DNA from: Azolla caroliniana
Taxonomy: Eukaryota > Plantae > Polypodiophyta
Assembly (NCBI GenBank): GCA_043228905.1
Contig: JBHGNT010000004.1
Location: forward strand, 9,858,001-9,922,000
Direction: 5' to 3'
Length of the DNA: 64,000 nt
Shown here one piece after another: positions 27,736 through 40,760 of this stretch. The notes beneath the pieces are model-generated. The model did no database searches. It was not told the DNA's origin and saw only the letters and a program-made list of their open reading frames with translations. Position 1 is the first letter of the stretch. Each line of letters begins with the position of its first letter. The translations under genes and the position numbers were made by a program.

Positions 27736-28440
27736 ATATGGGCCAATATTAAAGAGGTGAATGAAGCAAAATTTTAACTTATGGGCCAAGGAAAATTTCA
27801 ACCCACGACCTCCACCTTTAGGAACATGACGATAATCACGTAGCTTACATTCAAAAGCCTTCTTGAAATACAATTTGCCCCGTGACAAGCTAGTATATTA
27901 TTTATATTGGCCAATATTAAAGAGGTGAATGAAGCAAAATTTTAACTTATGGGCCAAGGAAAATTTCAACCCACGACCTCCACCTTTAGCAAGACAAGCT
28001 AGTATATTATTTATATGGGCCAATATTAAAGAGGTGAATGAAGCAAAATTTTAACTTATGGGCCAAGGAAATTTTCAACCCACGACCTCCACCTTTAGGA
28101 ACATGACGATAATCACGTAGCTTACATTCAAAAGCCTTCTTGAAATACAATTTGCCCCGTGACAAGCTAGTATATTATTTATATTGGCCAATATTAAAGA
28201 GGTGAATGAAGCAAAATTTTAACTTATGGGCCAAGGAAAATTTCAACCCACGACCTCCACCTTTAGCAAGACAAGCTAGTATATTATTTATATGGGCCAA
28301 TATTAAAGAGGTGAATGAAGCAAAATTTTAACTTATGGGCCAAGGAAAATTTCAACCCACGACCTCCACCTTTAGGAACATGACGATAATCACGTAGCTT
28401 ACATTCAAAAGCCTTCTTGAAATACAATTTGCCCCGTGAC
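27736..28440. repeat. Higher-order tandem repeat: 277-bp period made of alternating 109- and 168-bp related subunits
   Basis: gacaagctag recurs at 27884, 27993, 28161 and 28270, with a truncated gaca at 28438; copies are near identical. Confidence 0.95.
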
Positions 28441-28966
28441 ATGTTACATGTGCAACACTTAGTGCACATTTAGTAGCCTCCCTAAAATAGAATTCTCCAT
28501 ATGGCACACTACATGTGCACCACATGGCACATATATTAGAGCATCCCGTCACTATAAAAGGAGTATAGTTATGGGGGATATCGTGAGATAAATTGAGATA
28601 TATAGGAAGAGAATGAGGAAGAAGAAAAAGGGTGGAGATGATAAAAATGATTTTCATGATAAGAAAAGGGCAAAGTGTTATGCCACTAGTTTATGGGGGG
28701 GTCTTGAAACGCACACAAAACATGAGTGAGATACACAAAGAGGATTTATATTTAATCCAAGAGAAACGCTTACAATATTCCCAAATTGAGACAAACCAAA
28801 AATGGTGGTTTGGGTGAGTCGTGACTAAGTCAAGGCGAATCGAGACTCAACTGAGAAAAGTCGAGACAACTCCCAAAACTATGTTGAGGGACAAGAGAAA
28901 GGTTCAATATTTACAATGGGTGAATGAAAATGAGGAGAAGCTCCTCTAATATATAGGCTAAGGGAT

Positions 28967-29080
28967 GGTTATTGGGCTACCCTTTGGCTAGTCGTTAGTC
29001 CAAGATGTGGTTGTTGTGCTACCCTTTGCCTAGCCGTTAGTCCAAGAGGTGGCTATTGGGCTACCCTTTGGCTAGTCCTT
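28967..29080. repeat. 42-bp tandem repeat (~2.7 copies) within a probable LTR relic (~28700-29294)
   Basis: Unit ggttattgggctaccctttggctagtcgttagtccaagatgt. Confidence 0.75.
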
Positions 29081-29649
29081 GGGAATGTCACGTTGAGACT
29101 GCCCCGATTGCGTTTTGGACTGCTTGAGACTATCCCAACTCTACTTGGGACTGCTTGATAGTTGGGACTGATTGGGTTAGTCCCAATCTAAACCCTACTT
29201 GGGTCCATCCCAACTCTGTTTGGGACTGCTTGCTTGTGGGGATTGCTTGGTTGCTCCTCCAACCCAAGGTGGCTTAATGTTAGAGTGCCCATCACTGATA
29301 AGTGTTGAATTGACTCTCATCTCCCATCAAATAGAGACAATGTTTTAGTGTAGTTTATGCTAGATGCTTGGATTTTCGAGTGAGATAATATAATTGTCGT
29401 ATATTTTAAATACATAAAAGGTTGACTCTATGCAAGCAAATCCACATTTTCTATTTGGTGTTTGTAGGCCTCCTATATATGCCCTCGTGGTCCACTACCC
29501 TATGGTAAATTGTGTGTTGGTAAAGCATAGGTGCTCAACTCCCATAATTTTCAAACATAAGTTGTATTTTGGTCATTATATGGAGATTTCAAGAGCTCAC
29601 TTGTTTGGATAAAAATAGCTTCGGAGTCACCAATGCCATTTGTTTTTGC

Positions 29650-32600
29650 TAGGGATCGGTAATGGCTCAACTCAAGCCTAAACCGGTTCAATGGTTTAGC
29701 GGCTTGTCCCGACTGAATTTAGGCTTGAGCTTGTTTAAACGGTTTGAGCTCGGCTCGGCTCGGCTTGAGGCCTGCCGAACGGGCTCAAACTGATTAAGCC
29801 GATAATTAATTAAGTCATACATAAACGTTACAGAGTTAGAACAATTAAAAATTTTAAGTTAGAACTTAGAAAGCTGAAGCAAAGAGTCGATTGTTCACTG
29901 TTGAAACTTGAGTGTCCATTGTCGACACAGACATTACACAGTGAGAGGGAGAGAGAGGGAAAGGGAGAGCGAGTGAGAGAGAGGAAGAGGGAGAGGGAGA
30001 CTTCAGACGATGAGGACCTCCTGCAACCTGCACCAGAGCACAGTACACGGCTTCAGGCTTCTACTGACCAGCGACCCTCAGGTACATGCTCATTGCTAAT
30101 ATACATGATGTTGAGGCTTTTTTTTTCTCATGAATCAGAAAATTCAGAATTGTGCTTGCATGTATACAATTTTAAGCCACGGATTATATGCATGTTGATG
30201 TGATGGGGCCAAATGCTTCCTTTGTCATCAAACCAAGATGTCATTCATGCTATTGAAAGCTTTGCGTGGCCTATTAAATGATTAATTGGATAAATATGTC
30301 ACTGTAAATATATATGCTCTCTGGTAACTAATTCAATTACAACATTTTCGCACTACACATTGACATTGATTCTTCCTTAAATCCATGTTTCAAAACATCA
30401 GTAAAGTGGTTATAAACTTCAATTAAATTGGTTACAACAGATTCTGATCCATTCAATTAATAATATACAACCATTAAATGCTTGTACATAAGGTATGTGC
30501 AAAGAGGCAAGTTGCACAAATTGGGCTTCTTGTGTTTCACAAATTGGGCTTCTTGTGTTGGGTTGTTGTGCATTGTGATTGGGTTTCACGCGTTGCCCCT
30601 TCGTGTAGTGGTCTCGGGCTCGTGTGTAGCCTTTGTAATTCAATTACATCACCTTTCCTAAGAATCCATGTTAATTAACATTATTAAAGTGTTTCTTAAG
30701 TTTGTGAGTTACAAGTAAGTTAGATCAATCCAACTTTATTATACAAGTAATTAACATCGTTAAAGCTACATTGCCTCTACTTTATACAATAAGATCCACA
30801 TGCCCTTGTCAGCTTCCCTCCCAAACTTCTTAGAATTGAGAAGCTTATTCTTTTCAGCTCTCAACATATAAAGTGTTTGACTGCAAGTGGGGGTCTTGAG
30901 TGTCGAGTGTTGGTAATCAAACTTTACGGACAATTCTAAGATGCAACAACGTTAACTACTACACATAGGAAAAGCTTATAAAGGAGTTTTAACTCAAAAA
31001 TAATTTCATTTATTGTTCAAAATTTTTAGTCTCGTTTTTATTAATTATTCTATGTTTTTTAATTGATGTATAAGTATATACATAAACATGGAAGATAGTC
31101 AAGCTACAACTCATTTATCTTCACCCACAGAGGCAACATCAATATCAGTCCCTAGATTCAAAACAACCCAAGAAAAAGAAGTTCATGGACCGAGCAACAC
31201 ATGGTCGCCATCAAGGAAGCAGATGCATCTAAACTTCGAAGTGGTTATTGTCACTTGTTATGGTCAAGCTCTACATCTATAGGTTCCATTGCCAAGCATT
31301 GATTAGATAAGCATAATATTAATATCACATCACAACCACAAGCTTCTAGCAATGTTCTTGGCTAAACTCAAATAGATGCATCTACATCTACATTAGCTAT
31401 ATAGTTCTTGTCTAAACTCAATATCTCGTACTCTAGAGAAGAAATTTAATAGTACTATTGTTAGATATATAGTTTCATCAACGCCACCTCATGCACATAT
31501 TGAGTCTTCTAGTGTTAAGAGATTAATGCATTATGTCTTGCCTAGTTATCTTCAACTTAAATTAGCTTGTACACTTAAAATATTAGTTTTACGAATGTAT
31601 GTTGTTCTTTGCCATTTAGTTATTACTTATTTGTCCTCACAAAGTTTTAGATATGTTATAACATATGATGGGTGTTAAAATAATAGTTTGAAAGGATTTT
31701 ATCCCATGACATTACATTGGGGCTCTTTAGCGCTGACTAGTGTGCTTTTATACTTTCTAGATGTCTTTCTAAGAGATGGGGTAGGAAAACGTGTTGGAAA
31801 AGCTTTACTCTCATGTCTAAAGTCTTCACGTATTCTATCTACAACTTCGGATGGTGCTAGTGAATCTCTAGTTGCATCAAAGGAATTAGCTAGGTTAGTT
31901 TTTAGTCATCATGGACAAGACATTTTACAATCATCACATATGTTAAGATGCATGGTGCATACCAACAAACTTGGTGTAAAGTCTCTCTGCATTAGAAGTT
32001 ATTAATCCTACTATAAAGTTAAGGAAAACATTGCATTCTATACGCACAATTAAAGTGAGTAGAGCTATATTTAAAAAATATTCAAAAACCATGCATGAGA
32101 ATGGGGAACAAGAACCATCGTGTCTCGGTTCCATTACTAAATGGAATTCAACTCTAATGCTCAATATGCAGCTACTTTGTGTACATTGAAAGTGGAAATT
32201 ACAAGGGTGGTTTGGCTTTGCTTGGGGAAGCCATCCTTATGAGTAAATCTTTTTACTGTGGGGCAGAGATGGATTATGTTAAAGGATGTTGAAGCAATTC
32301 TAGGGAGTGACAAGGAGGATAGATTATGTTTCATTTACTTTTCAAATTTGGGGAGTGGTTTTCTTTTTTTCTATTTTTTCTGGGGAGGATGAGTGGAGGC
32401 AATTGGTAGCATGTTGTTCGTATAGCTAACTATGAGCAGGTTGAAGAAGGATGGTGTTTCACGATGCAACTTCTTTGTGTTGAGACAAAGTAATGGAAGA
32501 TGCTAGAAGGCCGCCATATGACCCTCATCTTGTGTGCTTTACCTATGAGGAAAGAGGGACTTCCGGTTCGGGTTATGGCTTCTAAAAATGCACTAATTTC

Positions 32601-34963
32601 AAGATATTACCAGCAGGTGGCACTGTAAGAGTGTTAATAGGCACAGAAACTCGCAATGGAATCATGAGTAACAGGCTGCTAGAAGACAATATTGAGCTTG
32701 GAAAGGCTTTGTTGGACATATGCTATATGTGGATAGGTGGATCATGGCTCAACAGAGATTTTTTTTGTGGTTTACTTGGTGAGGTATAAAAAATATTTTC
32801 AACTTTGATTTCGAGATACAAGGATGTGGGATGCACTGATTTTGGCCTTGAGAAGTTTGCCAAGGTGGCAGTGAAAGAGTGATTGACATGCATAGAAAAT
32901 CACATTGAAATTATGAGTAAGAGGCTGTTAGAAGACAATATTGAGCTTGGGAATGCTTTGTTGGATATGTATGCTATATGTGCCAATCTTGAAAAAAAAC
33001 ACAAAAAACAGTTGATGATATTTCAGTTCGAGATGTAAATGATATTCTTGCTAAAAAACATGTTATCTTGTGAAATGCATCTATTACAAGATATGTTAAG
33101 CATGGATCAGCGGAGATTGGTACTGTAAAGGTGGAGCAATAATCGAAGCATGAGCACAGTTTGAGAATTTATTGCTGGTGGAAAGAAATGGGTGATCCTT
33201 AGGATGTTCGCGAAAGTAATGCTAATAGGAAGGATCAAGGTTTTCATTTCCAAGAAGGAGTGGATGTGGCTGAACGATTTAATTTAAAGAATGTTCTGCA
33301 TGCTATGGTTCTCCGAAGTTGTGTGAGCATACAAGTGGTTCATTGTCTTCATGTATACAAGGTAGTTTCAAGAGAATGAAGGGAATATAGAATCAGGTTG
33401 GAAGCTTGTTTACTCAGGATATACAAGACGTTGTGAAGCAATGGTTGAAGCTTCGATTGGACCTACGGTTTTAAGATGATAGCATACATGTTGGAGCGAT
33501 CACGAATATTTATACTTGCAAAGTCTTATGTAATGAAGGCAAGTTGAAGGTCGCCATTTATCACATATGATTCGAGGAGATATGATATAACGGCTTGCCA
33601 TGTTATTGGGATATATTGAGTAGGATAAGAATGAGGATGCTATACAACTCTATCCTTGAAGGCCTATGTAAGGTGTCTAATTATTATGATGACATTTTCT
33701 GGTATGATGAAAGTAGGCGGCAAGATCCATGGCTAGTCATTGGGATAGTCCTTTTCCCTCTTCTTTTTCATCTCTTTTGTAGTTTGTACTTGATAGGTCT
33801 TTTAAAACTAATGGAAGGATATTTTGTTTTAAAAAAAAAAAAAGTATCAACAATCCCTAAAAGTTAAGAGATGTCTTGATTTGCACCATAAGTGACAAGG
33901 CCATTGTTGATGACTTTGTTGACCATACACTCTCATAGAAGGTTGGAGTCATATACAAAGTATGGAACAATGTTTGCTTGTGCTTGCTAAAATTTGTAAT
34001 TACTTGAGTGGGTCAAAGTACCCTACCCTCTCACTAGCAGTGCTTGCATTCAACCACTTATTATCACATTGTAATAAGTATATATCTATGGATATGAACT
34101 TGGTTTATTCACTCTCTGAGAAGATTACTCTTCAAGTGCAAAAGGAGGCTAGTACCAAATGCCTACAATATCTAATCAAGTACAAAGAATCCTTGAAATC
34201 TGTTCCATCTCGAATCACAATGTTTCTTGACCCTAGGTAATGTTTTTTAATTGAAATTTTCATTTTTTTAATCGTTTTTTCTTACTAATAATGTCTTATG
34301 TTTAGATGTAGAGTTCCAAAACCAGCAAATCCAATTGAGAGAGACCTCGATATAGAGTTGGTGCAAACTGTTTTAACAACAAAATATCATGATCCTAATG
34401 TCGAAGATTCTCCATCCGAAGATGCTTGTGAAGGATCTCAATTTGAATATTTGGAGTTTTGGGGTATCAACAATGAGAAATCTCATGAATCATCACCTGG
34501 GTCAGAAATTAAAGATTTCTTGAAGCTTCCACGAATCAAGACTACCATAGACCCTCTACATTAGTGGTTTACCAATAGGTTCCATCAGTATTGTTAAACA
34601 AATTTGTTTCTATTGTTGGTAATTAAGAAACACACTGTGACATTATATTTTTTGAAGAGTTAAAACAGATCCACTTTTCCAAGGATGTAGAAAATGACAT
34701 GTGATTATTTGACAATTCTAACTTCATTAATGCCTTCAGAGGAAGCTAACTCCGAAGCTCGTGATAACTTCAAATATAGGCAACAATTGCATTCATGCAC
34801 TTTCAAGGTAGAGATGTGCATACAATCTTGGTTAGATTTACTTGACAATGTAAACATTCTTCTACTTGAATATATTAATGATGCCTGTAATAGTTTAGAT
34901 ATCAATTTAAAAGAGATGATGGCAAAGGATGATCTTATCGAATACTTGTACTTGGACAAGTGA
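29650..34963 (+). mobile_element. Decayed hAT DNA transposon
   Basis: TAGGGAT terminus with GCTCG/GCTTG subterminal repeats. Transposase relics ILSTTSDGAS, RCMVH, KWNST, SGSKYPTLS, FLDPR and the dimerisation-domain-like MTCDYLTILTSLMPSE. Right terminus not found. Confidence 0.8.
32194..33840 (+). pseudogene. Polyadenylated insert with PLS-type PPR gene fragments inside the hAT transposase
   Basis: LLEDNIELGNALLDMYA-type PPR segment present twice (~32664, ~32913); poly(A) at 33831-33843; AAAGT on both sides. Confidence 0.6.
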
Positions 34964-35989
34964 AAAATGTTGGAATACAACCAACTCGGACATTTGATGA
35001 CTCCTTACATTTTTGGAATAGTAAACATTTACATTTTTCTCATTTTATGTTTTCTCCTTCTTTATAAACTAAGAGACATTTATCTTGTTTTTCTTTAAGT
35101 TTTTAGTCATTGATTCTATTTTCGTGTCGAGTGGTGCAAAAGAGACTATTTTGATCCTTATAATGTGTTTCAATTACATTAAATTCTCTATTTCTTCAAA
35201 GATTGAAATGTTAAAGAAATCATTAAGCGTTTTAGTTGTTTTTATCAAAACATACTATTTTATCTTAATCACTCATCTTTACTTAACCATTTATGAGAAT
35301 GATTTGTGTTCACATAGAGTAACTCCAGGAGTTCCTGTGCTACCTATATTATTGGGTAATAACCATATGTAAGGTGCGGTAGACGGTTTTAACACATATG
35401 TCAGAAGCTCTCTAGCTACAATATTTCAAACTAGTTCCCAAACCGGTGTCGTGCCTTTCGGTGTTGGGTCGTTGCATGAGTGGGTGGCAATCGTTGGGGT
35501 TTTGGACTAGGAGGAAGAAGAGATTGAGGCAAATCTTTTAGCGCCGGATCATTGCGTGAGTCGGGTGGGAATTGTTGGGGTTTTGAACTAAGAGGAGGAT
35601 GAATTGAGGCAAATCTAGTTATGAATGTGAATAGATTGTAAGAAAGAGATAGAAATTCGTGAATCCCATGAATATAGTAAATTAGTTTAACTTAATATTT
35701 AAAATCATAATAATAATTTGAAATAGTTTAGAATAGATTAGAGTAGATTGGTAAAGAGATCAAAACTTGTGAATCCCTCAAGTATTATATTAATCAATAT
35801 TTAGATTGTAATAAAAACCCAAGAATCAATTATCTCAATACATCTTTCTCTTCCCTTCATATAGTGACGGAAGAGACTAAGTATATCTTACCACATGGAA
35901 AGCATCATGCTTTTTATAAAGTCTGTTATTCCTTGGGCCAGACAATGGCCTAACATAGGGTGTCTTCGGAAGACACTTCACCAAAGGGG

Positions 35990-38133
35990 TGTTACGACGA
36001 GATAACTTAAGACACAACGATTAATCCGACTTAATTGGCTACTTAGCAATAAGGCATTCACTTAATACACGCGTAAGATATAACAATTAATACAGAACGG
36101 TAATCAATACGTGAAGATAAAACAAGAAGCTTATATTAATTCTCCGTTAAAGTTTTACATTGTAACCGGGCCTTTATATAGGTCACCGGTGTTGCGTACA
36201 AAACGGTGCCAACTGGCACTTGTTCGGAACCGGTTCGGATCCGGATCAGCATACCGATTCCGGTCTGTCCGTTCACTACATAATTATAATCTATTCTACT
36301 TAATTAAAATAGATTCCGAATAACCATCCCTTTCACATTCTGGTCTTTACTCCTTTATCGGCCGGGTAACACATGGCACGCCCGTGGGATAGTACCTTGT
36401 ACGTCGAATCCCACTATCCGGCCCTTAGCCTTCGTCCAAGATATCTAGAATACTTTGCTCCAGGGTATCCAGAATATTGTTGTTGTTGTTGTTGTTGTGG
36501 CTGATGTTGTGGCTGATGTTGTTGCGGTTGTGGCTGCTATTGTGGCTCCGAATCCTCCGACTGTTGCTCCTTAGATGGCGTCTATTTGGCTCTCGGTACC
36601 GGCGGTTGTGGCGGTGATTCCTCCGTTAGCTGCTCCGCCGGATTTGACTCCGGTTGACTCACCCCGGCCTTGTCTCCGTCCGGTCCTTGCTCTGGTGATG
36701 GCTCCTCATCGCTGAGGTTGACGGTCGCCGCCTGCTTTGCTTCTTCTCTCCGTAGCCTGGTCCATTCATAGCTTTCAAACTGGATTTGAGCATCCAGTCG
36801 ATCATCATCTAGCTGGGCTACAAGTTGCCGGACCACTGCTGACTGTTCCTCCGCCAGAGTTACAAAATCCTCGGCTAACTCATCTCTTACGGTGGTGAAG
36901 TCCTCCTTTGTTAGCATGTAACAGTCGTCGCCATCCTTCTACCGGTTTTCCACGTCCACCCTTAACAACTGGAGCTCGGTTGTGTGCTTTGCCCATTTGT
37001 CCCACCATTGCACGGAGCTTTCGTCAATCAAGCATTTGGTCTTGTTCCTCCATGCCTGGACAATGAACTGGATCCGCTCCAATCCCATCTTCGATTTGTC
37101 CTCCGCGGCTTGCCGTTCGTCCTTCAACTACTTGATCAGTGCCACCGTATCCGCCTCTTGCTCCCGGTAATGTGACAATTGGTTTTGATAGGTGGTCTGC
37201 AACCTCTGCGATACCATTGTCGCTCTTTCCTTCTCTTCATAATGCTGCTTATGGAGCTCCATACGTTCTTGCACGGCTTCCTCCAGCAGCGTGGTTCTTT
37301 CAGCCCGTTCCTCCGCTAGCGCCGTCTCAACTCGATGCACCTCCTACTGGAGCTCTGCCATCTTCTCCTGTTGTTTCTTATGATCCGTATCCAGGTGCTT
37401 GTAGTCCCGATGCAGGTGCTCAAAATCATCGATCTTCTGCTTCAGCTTTTGGTTGAGTTGCCGGCGGGCGCGGTCTTCCCGATCCTTCTGTTGACGGAGT
37501 TCTTCTTTAAGTCTTTTGATCTCTGTTTCTGCCATCCGTCGCAGCTTCTCCTTTTCTTGCAACGCCTTCTCTTTCTCCTCCTTCAGCCGGTCATAGGCCT
37601 GATGTCCTTTCCGTAGATTCTCTTCTGCCCGGCGGAGGTTCTCAGCAGTCTTTCGTTGCTCTTCTTCTTCTACTTTCTTCAAGTCCCGCTCTCAGGTGTG
37701 TAATGCTTCCTGTGCGGCCAGTTCATCTCTCAATTCAGCAAACTCTTTTGCTTGCGCTGCCACTATCTCCGGGATTGGTTCTGTCTTCGGGATCTTATTG
37801 CTATGTACAGGTGCCGATGTTTCTTTATTTTGTACATCTACCGGAGTCACTGGTGCTTGGATCGGTGGTTCGGTTCAGGCCATTTTGGACAATTCATCTG
37901 TGGCCAGGTCCAAGCCTTGTTCTAAGCTTCGGATCCTTGACCGGGCTGTCTCTAGTTCTCCGGTTGTGACGAGCAACCGGTCCACCTGCACTTTCTCTTC
38001 CGCCTCTATGTAGTGTACCACTCCGGCAATCTGTTCTCCAATCCACCGGAGCCATTAGCTGCCGGTGCCCTGTTGTTGCGTCTGCCCGGAGGGTTGGCTG
38101 TTGGTGTTGCTGGCCAGTGGTCGGTTTTGTCCG
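35990..38133 (+). mobile_element. Tat-like LTR element relic: LTR 35990-36371, tRNA-Arg-type PBS 36374-36390, antisense ORF
   Basis: TGTTAC...GTAACA ends, then CA + TGGCACGCCCGTGGGA, resembling the complement of the plant tRNA-Arg(UCU) 3' end. Confidence 0.7.
36582..38100 (-). pseudogene. Long coiled-coil antisense ORF of the Tat-like element (single frame, broken by nonsense codons)
   Basis: ORF pieces ending at 36917, 37127, 37340 and 37682 all lie in one frame, separated by TAG stops; E/K/R/Q-rich heptad-like sequence. Confidence 0.75.
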
Positions 38134-40714
38134 GCTAGTGAGGTCATATTCCGTTGTACTCAAAAAAATAGTGAAGTTGTTTGGAACGTACGGTTCCCGG
38201 GGTGTTTCTCTATTTTGGGTTTTCCACGTTAAAAATTGTGGTATACTCTCATTTTTGTCTTGTGGTTTCATCTAGTGTTAATTGTGCTTGAAGTTTAAAT
38301 CATCCCGATTCAGTTCCACATTCCCAACAAGTGGTATCAGAGCGAGGTTAATACCCTCCGCAATGTTTTGGAATATGGATGAATGATTAGGTGGGATGAT
38401 TAAGTTGACTGTATCCAACTACCCCATTTGGAAATCCAAAATGAGGGACATGTTGGTATGTAAGGACATGTGGTTGCCTGTACTAAATGGTATAATCAAA
38501 CCCGAGAACATAGATGCATTAACTTGGGAAGCAATGCATCTAAAAACAACATCATATATACGTTGTTTTATAGACATGAGTCTATATAACAATTTTGTTG
38601 ATGAAACCAAAGCACACGAGTTATGGGGGAAAATTGAACCTATGTTTCAGACAAAAAATGCCTTAAATAGAGTCTTTGTGTTTAGGAAACTTGTAAGACT
38701 TAGATATCAAGATGGCTCTAGTATGGCAAAGCATCTAAACACGTTTGAATGACTTATAAGTCAAACTATCTCTCTAGATATACCTCTAGCAAATGTGTTG
38801 ACCTTGTTATTGTTAGGCTCTCTCCCAGATAGTTGGGAAACCCTTGTTGTGACGCTTGGGACTGCAACACAACAAAAGGAGCTAACATTGGACACGCTTA
38901 AGTCGAGTCTTCTGCATCAAGAAGCATGACGAAAGGAGTGCGAGTCCAACAATGAGCATGAAGCCTTGGTCATAGAAAACAACCCCAATAGAGGAAGACG
39001 TCATACTCTCGGGGTCCACAAGATCACAGAAATAATGTTGAGGGGAGGTCAAAATCTAGAAGTAGGAAAGATTTCTCATGTCGTTATTGTGGTGGTCCAA
39101 ATCACTACGAAAGAAACTGGAGGAAGAAGAAGAGGGACCAAAAGAATGGAACCGATAACGACAAGAAAAATGACCCTATAACCGCCACATGTGATTGCGA
39201 TGTTATTATTGTCTGTGATGATTCTTGTGATAGTTTAGCATGTCAACAAACTGATTGGGTCTTTGACTCGGGAGCCTCGTATCACATCACCTCGTATCGG
39301 GAAATGTTTGAGTCATATACCGGTGGTGACTTTGGTAAAGTCAAAATAGCTAACCACGGTATGACAGAGGCCGTTGGCATAGGGGATGTAGTCTTAGTCT
39401 CCAATATGGGTAGGAAACTCGTATTGAGGGATGTAAGGCATGTACCAGATATTCCGTTGAATATCATCTCTACCAGTAAGCTTGATGATGAGGGATATGA
39501 AAATTACTTTGGTGAAGGAAGATGGAAACTCACTAAAGATTCCCTAATCATAGCAAGTTGTCTAAAATAGAATTCCCTCTACCTAATGCAAACTTAAATG
39601 TACGTGCGCGAATAATGGCGTTGAACATGGGGGGCAATTTGGGTAATATGGATGTGTGCATGGTATTAGGCTTGAGATGAGTGTTTAGAAAACACCTAAG
39701 CACAATGGTGTGACTGAGAGGATGAGTAGGACAATTTGTGAGTGGATAAGATATATATTACACTCAAAATTGCCTAAATCCGTTTGGAGTGAAACAATGA
39801 GGACTATAATGAACTCATCAATTTGTCTCCATCAGTCTTTTTGGGATGATGATGAACCCAAGAGGGTGTAGACTGATTAGGAGGTGCCATACAAATACTT
39901 GAGAGTGTTTGGCTGTAGTGCCCGTGTTCACGTCTGAAAGATGAAAGATCCAAGCCTGATGTAAACCATGCATATTTTCTAGGATACGGCCATGAGGAAT
40001 CCGATCATAGACTATATGACCTAGAGAAGAAGGTCATTAGAAACAAGGATGTGGTATTCCCTGAGGAGCCGAATGAAATGCCAAATTTCACCCCTTGTTT
40101 TTCAGTCACCAAGTGTCCAACTCCTGCCCCTAAACACCTAAGGTCACACGGGAGATGTGGAGGAGTATGATGATACGGCTGAACATGCAACCAATGATGA
40201 TGATGGGTAGGATCATGATCATCAAACTGTAGATGACTAGATAGATGACGTTTCAGCATCTCTACCTAAGGTGGAAGAGGTGAGGTCTATGAGATGAAGA
40301 TGATCTTCACATGATTATGTGATGTTCTTACATAGAGGAGAAACAGAAAGCTTTGGAGAAGCTTGAAGTCTACAAGACAAACCTACTTGTGGCCCCCACT
40401 TGAGATGGAGGGGGAGAATTGTTGGGTCTATCCACTCAAGTGGAGCTCACAACCAGCTGAGGCCAAAGAGCTGATTGAGAGTCGGCTAGGCCCGAACATC
40501 CGACTGAGAGTCGACTGAGGTCGAAGAGTCGACATAGAGCTGGCTAAGGATCGACAGAAAGTCGAGAGTCGGCTGACAACCACCTATAGACTAAGCGCCG
40601 AATTGGTTGGGTGCCCTTGGGGCTGAAAAAGGGAAAAAGATATAATTAAATATATTAACGTATACCTATTTACAAATATATACATATACATCTATATGTG
40701 GGATATATGTGTGT

Positions 40715-40760
<46 letters not shown>

